From the NCBI GenBank assembly GCA_013202975.1, contig JABMQY010000039.1, forward strand, positions 1 through 61,900: a DNA stretch of 61,900 nucleotides. Direction: 5' to 3'. Position 1 is the first letter of the stretch. Every line of letters begins with the position of its first letter. Shown piece by piece: positions 56,971 to 61,900 of the stretch. The notes under the pieces are model-generated. The model saw nothing but the letters and a program-made list of their open reading frames with translations. It made no database searches and was not told the origin of the DNA. The position numbers and the translations under genes were made by a program. Source of the stretch: Candidatus Saganbacteria bacterium (GTDB lineage: Bacteria; Margulisbacteria; WOR-1; XYC2-FULL-46-14).

Positions 56971-58846
56971 AAAAAACATAAATAGTTTTGATATTTTATT
57001 GGGTTTTAGCAGAAAGTACAAACTGCCATTGTTAGTATTTTCGGATATTGTCCTGATGATTTTATCAATAGTATTTGCTGTTTTTCTCCTTCAGGGTAGA
57101 AATTCCGCATTTTTCTCATGGTTTTTTTATAAGTTCTGGTGGGTAATTCCTTTGAGCCTTGCTTTTCGCATTGGAATGTTCAGGAATTTTGGCCTTTACC
57201 ATTGGGCCTGGGAATATATGAGTGTTCGTGAAATTACTTCATTTATCAAAGCCATTGCTTTAAGTTCAATGTTTTTAGCGGTTAGCATTATTGTTTTTGG
57301 AGGCAGGGATTTTCCTTTTTCAGTTCTGGTTATTGAGGGTTTGCTTTGTTTTTCTTTTCTTGCCGGAGTGCGTCTATTGATCAGGCTTTGGAGAGAGGCC
57401 CATTCTAGGATCGGGATCAAGGGAGAGGGGAAAAGGATTCTTATTGTCGGCGCTGGTGATGCTGGAGAAATGATATTGAGGGAGATGCTTAAACTGCCAA
57501 AGCTTGGATATAGACCCATTGGGTTCGTTGATGATAATCCGCAGCATAAGGGTCTTTTTATCCATCAACTTCCGGTTCTTGGTAATTGTAACGAAATTCC
57601 GGAAATAGTCAGAGAAAAAAGCATCGATGAGATCATTATTGCGATTCCGACCGCAAATTATAAAGAAATTCGTCGTATTGTAGGTTATTGCGAAGAAAGT
57701 AAAGCAAAATTTAAAATTGTTCCCGGAATCTTTGAATTGATTGATGGCACTGTTCATATAAACCAAATTAGGAATGTGGAGATTGAGGACTTATTAGGGC
57801 GTGAACCGGTTAATCTTGACATTAGAAGTATTTCGTCTTATCTCTCAAATGCTAATGTTTTGATAACGGGAGCGGGAGGATCGATCGGGTCAGAACTTTG
57901 TCGTCAGGTATCGATGTATAATCCGGCAAAGATAATAATGATTGGAAAAGGTGAAAATAGCATTTTTGATATTGAGCTTGAACTTAGAAATAAATATCCA
58001 TATTTGCTGCTTGCTACTTATATTGCCGACGTCCGGGATATTGACAGGATACACAATATTTTCAGGAAGGAATCTCCGGATGTTGTTTTTCATGCAGCGG
58101 CGCATAAGCATGTTTCTTTGATGGAAAGAAATCCAGATGAGTCAGTTTTAAATAATATTATCGGCACCAGAAATATTATGGATCAATCAGAGGAGCATTT
58201 AGTCAAAAAATTTGTTATGATTTCGACGGATAAAGCTGTTAATCCCAGCAGTATAATGGGGGCAACAAAAAGGGTTGCGGAAATGATGGTTCAGGCAAAG
58301 GCTTTGAGTGGAAGTAAAACAAAGTTTGTTTCTGTTCGATTCGGCAATGTATTGGGAAGCAGAGGCAGCGTTGTTCCAATATTCAAAAAGCAAATAGCAG
58401 GCGGGGGACCTGTAACTGTTACTCACCCGGATGCTAAGAGATATTTTATGACTATTCCCGAAGCTGTCCAGTTAGTTATTCAGGCAGGGGCAATTGGCAG
58501 TGGTGGCGAGATCTTTATTTTAGATATGGGTAATCCCGTAAAAATAGTTGATTTAGCAAAGGATCTTATAAGATTGTCGGGATTAGAAGAGGGTATTGAT
58601 ATAGAAATTAAGTTTGTAGGGCTTAAGCCTGGCGAAAAACTGTTTGAAGAAATATTAACATCAGAAGAAGGGGCTCAAGCTACTAAGTATGAAAAAATAC
58701 ATGTTGCACAACCCGCTAAAATAGAGTTTAATGAGTTGATCCAAAAGATTGAAATCCTAGAAGATCTGGCCCGTCGTGGGGAGTGCGTGAAAATTAAGGA
58801 AATGCTCAAGCAGGTTGTTCCAAGGTATAATGAGGCGATTATCTGA
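56963..58846 (+). CDS. Membrane-anchored UDP-GlcNAc 4,6-dehydratase (CapD/WbpM/PglF)
   Basis: 4 N-terminal TMs, GAGDAG, EDLLGR, GAGGSIGSEL, STDKAVNP, RFGNVLGSRGSV, RYFMTIPEA. Confidence 0.95.
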   Translation: MPRKNINSFDILLGFSRKYKLPLLVFSDIVLMILSIVFAVFLLQGRNSAFFSWFFYKFWWVIPLSLAFRIGMFRNFGLYHWAWEYMSVREITSFIKAIALSSMFLAVSIIVFGGRDFPFSVLVIEGLLCFSFLAGVRLLIRLWREAHSRIGIKGEGKRILIVGAGDAGEMILREMLKLPKLGYRPIGFVDDNPQHKGLFIHQLPVLGNCNEIPEIVREKSIDEIIIAIPTANYKEIRRIVGYCEESKAKFKIVPGIFELIDGTVHINQIRNVEIEDLLGREPVNLDIRSISSYLSNANVLITGAGGSIGSELCRQVSMYNPAKIIMIGKGENSIFDIELELRNKYPYLLLATYIADVRDIDRIHNIFRKESPDVVFHAAAHKHVSLMERNPDESVLNNIIGTRNIMDQSEEHLVKKFVMISTDKAVNPSSIMGATKRVAEMMVQAKALSGSKTKFVSVRFGNVLGSRGSVVPIFKKQIAGGGPVTVTHPDAKRYFMTIPEAVQLVIQAGAIGSGGEIFILDMGNPVKIVDLAKDLIRLSGLEEGIDIEIKFVGLKPGEKLFEEILTSEEGAQATKYEKIHVAQPAKIEFNELIQKIEILEDLARRGECVKIKEMLKQVVPRYNEAII

Positions 58847-59262
58847 TGGGGGTTGGGCGATGGTATTTCCTGGCTCTTAAAATAATATCAGATATTGTTA
58901 TTATTAACATTGTTTTTATACTTGGATATATTATTAAGTTTAAAATTTTTAATCCCTTTGCAATATCTATTATTCCTTATTTTAAAGTGCTTATGTTTAT
59001 TACCCTGCTCTGGGTAATTGTTTTAAATCTTGCCGGATTATATAAATTGCAGACAGATGAAATTGTTCGTACAGATGGAATTTTCCCGGTTTCATTTGGA
59101 GTTTTTTCTGCTGGATTTTTTACTTATATTATTATTGTTTTCTTGTATAGGGAAGCCCTTTATACCAGGGAGATTGTAATATATGCTTCATTTCTGGCTT
59201 TAATCTTCATCAATTTATCTAGATATTTAGTGTGGAGGCTGTATTCTGGTCTGAAGTTATAA
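58846..59262 (+). CDS. Small 4-TM protein resembling the N-terminal domain of WcaJ/WbaP-type sugar transferases (stand-alone or truncated)
   Basis: SD..I...F..GY..KF, W...L...GLY, YTR pattern; no catalytic domain follows. Confidence 0.55.
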   Translation: MGVGRWYFLALKIISDIVIINIVFILGYIIKFKIFNPFAISIIPYFKVLMFITLLWVIVLNLAGLYKLQTDEIVRTDGIFPVSFGVFSAGFFTYIIIVFLYREALYTREIVIYASFLALIFINLSRYLVWRLYSGLKL

Positions 59263-59291
59263 TTGCCCCAGCCCCCCTTTTCTGCTATAAT
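59263..59291 (+). promoter_or_regulatory. sigma-70 promoter for yceD-rpmF-plsX-fabH
   Basis: TTGCCC-N17-TATAAT with extended TG; the -35 coincides with the ORF-caller's TTG start. Confidence 0.7.
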
Positions 59292-59301
59292 TTATATCAT
59301 T

Positions 59302-59736
59302 GTGCCTATAAAAATTGATGTTTCTCCTCTTATGCAGGAAGTCGGTCAAACCTCACATCTTAGTCTGCAGGAGAGGGTTACATATCCGGATGATGGGTTG
59401 GATATTGTTGAGCCGATAATCATCGAAGCTGACCTGTTAAATAGCGGGGAGATACTTGTTTTAGATGCAAAGGTATCGGCCAAGATAAAATTGGAATGCG
59501 GCCGTTGCCTTGAGAAGTTTGTTTTTCAGGAGGAGATAGGTTTTCTTGAAGAGTATTCTCATGAGATTAGTCTTTCCCCAAAGGGAAAGGGCGAGAGGGA
59601 ATTGACTAAAGAGGATTTTATCTTTAAAATAGACAAGGAGAATATGATTGATCTTGGTGAGGCGGTACGCCAGAACCTATTGACCCAATTACCCATTAAA
59701 CCACTTTGCAAAGAGTGTTCCGAAAAGGAGGATTAA
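59302..59736 (+). CDS. yceD: DUF177/YceD-family protein (start probably GTG 59302)
   Basis: KIDVS, ECGRCLE, IDLGEAVRQ.LL..LPIKPLC.EC; immediately upstream of rpmF. Confidence 0.88.
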   Translation: MPIKIDVSPLMQEVGQTSHLSLQERVTYPDDGLDIVEPIIIEADLLNSGEILVLDAKVSAKIKLECGRCLEKFVFQEEIGFLEEYSHEISLSPKGKGERELTKEDFIFKIDKENMIDLGEAVRQNLLTQLPIKPLCKECSEKED

Positions 59737-59739
59737 AAG

Positions 59740-59943
59740 ATGCCACAACCGAAGAAAAGACATTCGCCGTCGAGACAGGGAAAGAGGAGAGCAAACTGGC
59801 TAAGGCTTAAAACTAAGGGGTTGAATATCTGTCCCCAGTGCCAGGCAAGGGTCCTGCCGCATCGTGCCTGTCCAAAATGCGGCACCTACAAGGGCCGTCA
59901 GGTTATAAAAATAAAACCTCCAAAAAAGAAGGTTAAGGAATAA
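59740..59943 (+). CDS. rpmF: 50S ribosomal protein L32 (Zn-ribbon form)
   Basis: MPQPKKRHS..R..KRR, CPQC..PHRACPKCG.Y.GRQV. Confidence 0.96.
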   Translation: MPQPKKRHSPSRQGKRRANWLRLKTKGLNICPQCQARVLPHRACPKCGTYKGRQVIKIKPPKKKVKE

Positions 59944-59949
59944 ATCCAA

Positions 59950-60939
59950 ATGATCAAAATTGCACTTGATGCAATGGGGGGGGATTCTGCCCCGGAGGCT
60001 CCGGTCAAAGGAGCTTGTTTGGCTGCAGAAAAATTTAGTGATATCGAAATTGTTCTGGTGGGGGACGAAGAAAAGTTAAATCTCCTTCTAAAAAAACAAA
60101 AAAACTGTTCTTCCCGTGTTTCAATTATGCATGCAAGTCAGTCAATTGGCATGAATGAAGCTCCGGTTCAGGCGGTTAAGGAAAAGAAAAATGCGTCTAT
60201 CAATGTTGCCCTGGACTTAGCCCGGGCAAAGATGGTTGACGCAGTTGTTACTGCCGGCAATACCGGAGCCTTTATGGCCTCAGCGCTTTTTCGCCTTGGC
60301 AGGATAAAAGGGGTAGAGCGTCCGGCTATTGCAACTATTTTTCCTTCGAATCGGGGTCCGATAACTCTTCTTGATATGGGAGCCAATATCGATAATTCTC
60401 CCAATCAATTAAAACAATTTGGCGAGATGGGGAGTCTCTATTCGGAGCATATTTTACACGTTAATAATCCTAAAGTCGGACTTCTTAATATTGGGGAAGA
60501 GAAAGAGAAGGGGAACGCTCTTACAAAAGCGGCCTGGGACCTGCTTAAAAAATCCAAAATTAATTTCTCCGGTAACGTTGAGAGTAAAGAGATAATGAAC
60601 GGCAAAGTTGATGTGGTTGTTTGTGACGGTTTTGTAGGGAATTTGATTTTAAAATTTGCAGAGAGTCTGAGCAGGAAGATAGTTGATTTACTGCGCGAAG
60701 AGATCAAAAAGAGCTTCCTGACAAAAATGGGGGCAATGCTTCTTTTTCCGGCTTTTAAAGCGCTCAAGAAAATTGTAGATTATGATGAGTTTGGCGGAGC
60801 TCCGCTTTTGGGATTAAATGGTATTTGTATTAAGGCCCATGGCCGGTCAAACGAAAAAGCTTTAATGAATGCAATCAGGGTAGCCAAAGAGTCAGTACAA
60901 GCAGATCTTGTCTCTTGTATCAGAAAGTTTGAAAAATGA
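59950..60939 (+). CDS. plsX: Phosphate acyltransferase PlsX
   Basis: IALDAMGGD.AP, AGNTGA, ERPAIA, LD.GAN, LLNIGEE..KG, DGFVGN, GGAPLLG, KAHGRS. Confidence 0.97.
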   Translation: MIKIALDAMGGDSAPEAPVKGACLAAEKFSDIEIVLVGDEEKLNLLLKKQKNCSSRVSIMHASQSIGMNEAPVQAVKEKKNASINVALDLARAKMVDAVVTAGNTGAFMASALFRLGRIKGVERPAIATIFPSNRGPITLLDMGANIDNSPNQLKQFGEMGSLYSEHILHVNNPKVGLLNIGEEKEKGNALTKAAWDLLKKSKINFSGNVESKEIMNGKVDVVVCDGFVGNLILKFAESLSRKIVDLLREEIKKSFLTKMGAMLLFPAFKALKKIVDYDEFGGAPLLGLNGICIKAHGRSNEKALMNAIRVAKESVQADLVSCIRKFEK

Positions 60940-61880
60940 CGGCAAAAGCAAAGATAATTGGCAGCGGTTTTTATGTTCCTCCTAAAATATTAACCAATGC
61001 TGATTTAGAGAAAATGGTTGATACAACCGATGAGTGGATAATGTCCCGTTCAGGGATAAAAGAGAGACATGTTTGCGATGACAAGACAACAACTGCAGAT
61101 TTAGCTGAAGCTGCTGCACGCCTGGCGCTCAAAGCTGCAAATGTCAATTCTGATTATCTTGATTTGATTTTGGTCGCTACCACTACACCAGACAGTCTGT
61201 TTCCCTCAGTAGGGTGTATCTTACAAAATAGATTGGCGGTCAGGAGAATTCCCTCTTTTGATATCTCTGCGGCCTGTTCTGGTTTCAATTTTGCTTTGGC
61301 AACGGCAGCTGCTTTTGTAGAGTCGGGGCAGTATAGCAATATTTTAGTGGTTGGGGCCGATACACTTACCAAATATGTTGATTGGACCGATCGGGGAACT
61401 TGTGTTTTGTTCGGAGACGGAGCCGGGGCGGTTGTTGTTTCTGCTTCTAATGGTGATGGGGATGGTATTCTGGCTAATTATTTGGGGGCAAGGGGTGAAG
61501 GCGGTAAGCATTTAGTAATGCCGCTTAAGAATGGTTTTATTACTATGAATGGGAAAGAAGTTTTTAAATTCGCTGTATCTGCATTAGAAGAGTCGGTTAC
61601 CGAGGTTTTAAAAAAAGCAAATCTAAAATTAGAGGATATGGATCTTTTAATTCCACACCAGGCAAATATTAGGATAATTAACCATGTTGCCAAGAAATTG
61701 GGCTTGCCCAAAGAAAAAATCTTTGTTAATCTAGATAGGTACGGCAATACCTCGGCTGCCTCAATCCCAATTGCATTTAATGAGGCTTATAATGGGGGGA
61801 GAATCAAGAAAGGGGATAAAGTTGTGTTGTCGGGATTTGGTGCTGGATTGACTTATGGTGCAAATGTTATAAAGTTTTAA
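60936..61880 (+). CDS. fabH: 3-oxoacyl-ACP synthase III
   Basis: DTTDEWI, AACSGF, DRGTCVLFGDGAGA, PHQANIRI, YGNTSAASIP, GFGAGLT. Confidence 0.97.
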   Translation: MTAKAKIIGSGFYVPPKILTNADLEKMVDTTDEWIMSRSGIKERHVCDDKTTTADLAEAAARLALKAANVNSDYLDLILVATTTPDSLFPSVGCILQNRLAVRRIPSFDISAACSGFNFALATAAAFVESGQYSNILVVGADTLTKYVDWTDRGTCVLFGDGAGAVVVSASNGDGDGILANYLGARGEGGKHLVMPLKNGFITMNGKEVFKFAVSALEESVTEVLKKANLKLEDMDLLIPHQANIRIINHVAKKLGLPKEKIFVNLDRYGNTSAASIPIAFNEAYNGGRIKKGDKVVLSGFGAGLTYGANVIKF

Positions 61881-61900
61881 TGGAGAGCCATGCCATGGCA

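Noticed and set aside
59263-59301. N-terminal extension of YceD from TTG 59263
   Set aside because: The segment is the promoter itself (TTGCCC-N17-TATAAT)
61890-61900. Start of next gene (fabD expected by synteny)
   Set aside because: Only a GGAG and two or three codons are visible; cannot be supported
1-61900. Taxonomic assignment (impression: a non-photosynthetic relative of Cyanobacteria such as Saganbacteria/Margulisbacteria)
   Set aside because: Only an impression from the LdpA homolog and sequence style; needs marker-gene phylogeny of RpmF/PlsX/FabH

Overview
AT-rich bacterial chromosomal window; all major genes but one are on the + strand. The left flank holds the 3' end of murE (preceded by a heptamer array with an inserted palindrome), a reverse-strand UPF0489-like gene, mtnA and an LhgO-like oxidoreductase. 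Positions 3425-59262 form a ~56 kb, ~52-gene surface-glycan locus headed by a small excisionase-type HTH gene. It encodes Wza/Wzz-like and Wzm/Wzt export proteins, a TcaB9/EvaC-like C-methyl-aminosugar module, and a full legionaminic acid pathway with an ElaABC-like triad (possibly 8-epi-Leg). It also carries two apparently uncharacterised pyruvate-aldolase + cytidylyltransferase modules, three large orphan GT-like proteins, GT2/GT4/GT-C transferases, a Wzy/WaaL-like protein, tailoring enzymes (B12 radical SAM, GNAT, deacetylase, methyltransferases), fnlABC-wbuB and WbpL/WbpM-like initiation genes. The right flank is yceD-rpmF-plsX-fabH. The most striking candidate new system is at 29842-39781: a homolog of the cyanobacterial circadian Fe-S protein LdpA is translationally coupled to HAD, HpcH aldolase, KdsB-like and orphan transferase genes, suggesting NeuB/KdsA-independent routes to CMP-ulosonic acids. 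No rRNA, tRNA, CRISPR, integrase or transposase was recognised. All family calls come from motif recognition by eye, not database searches.
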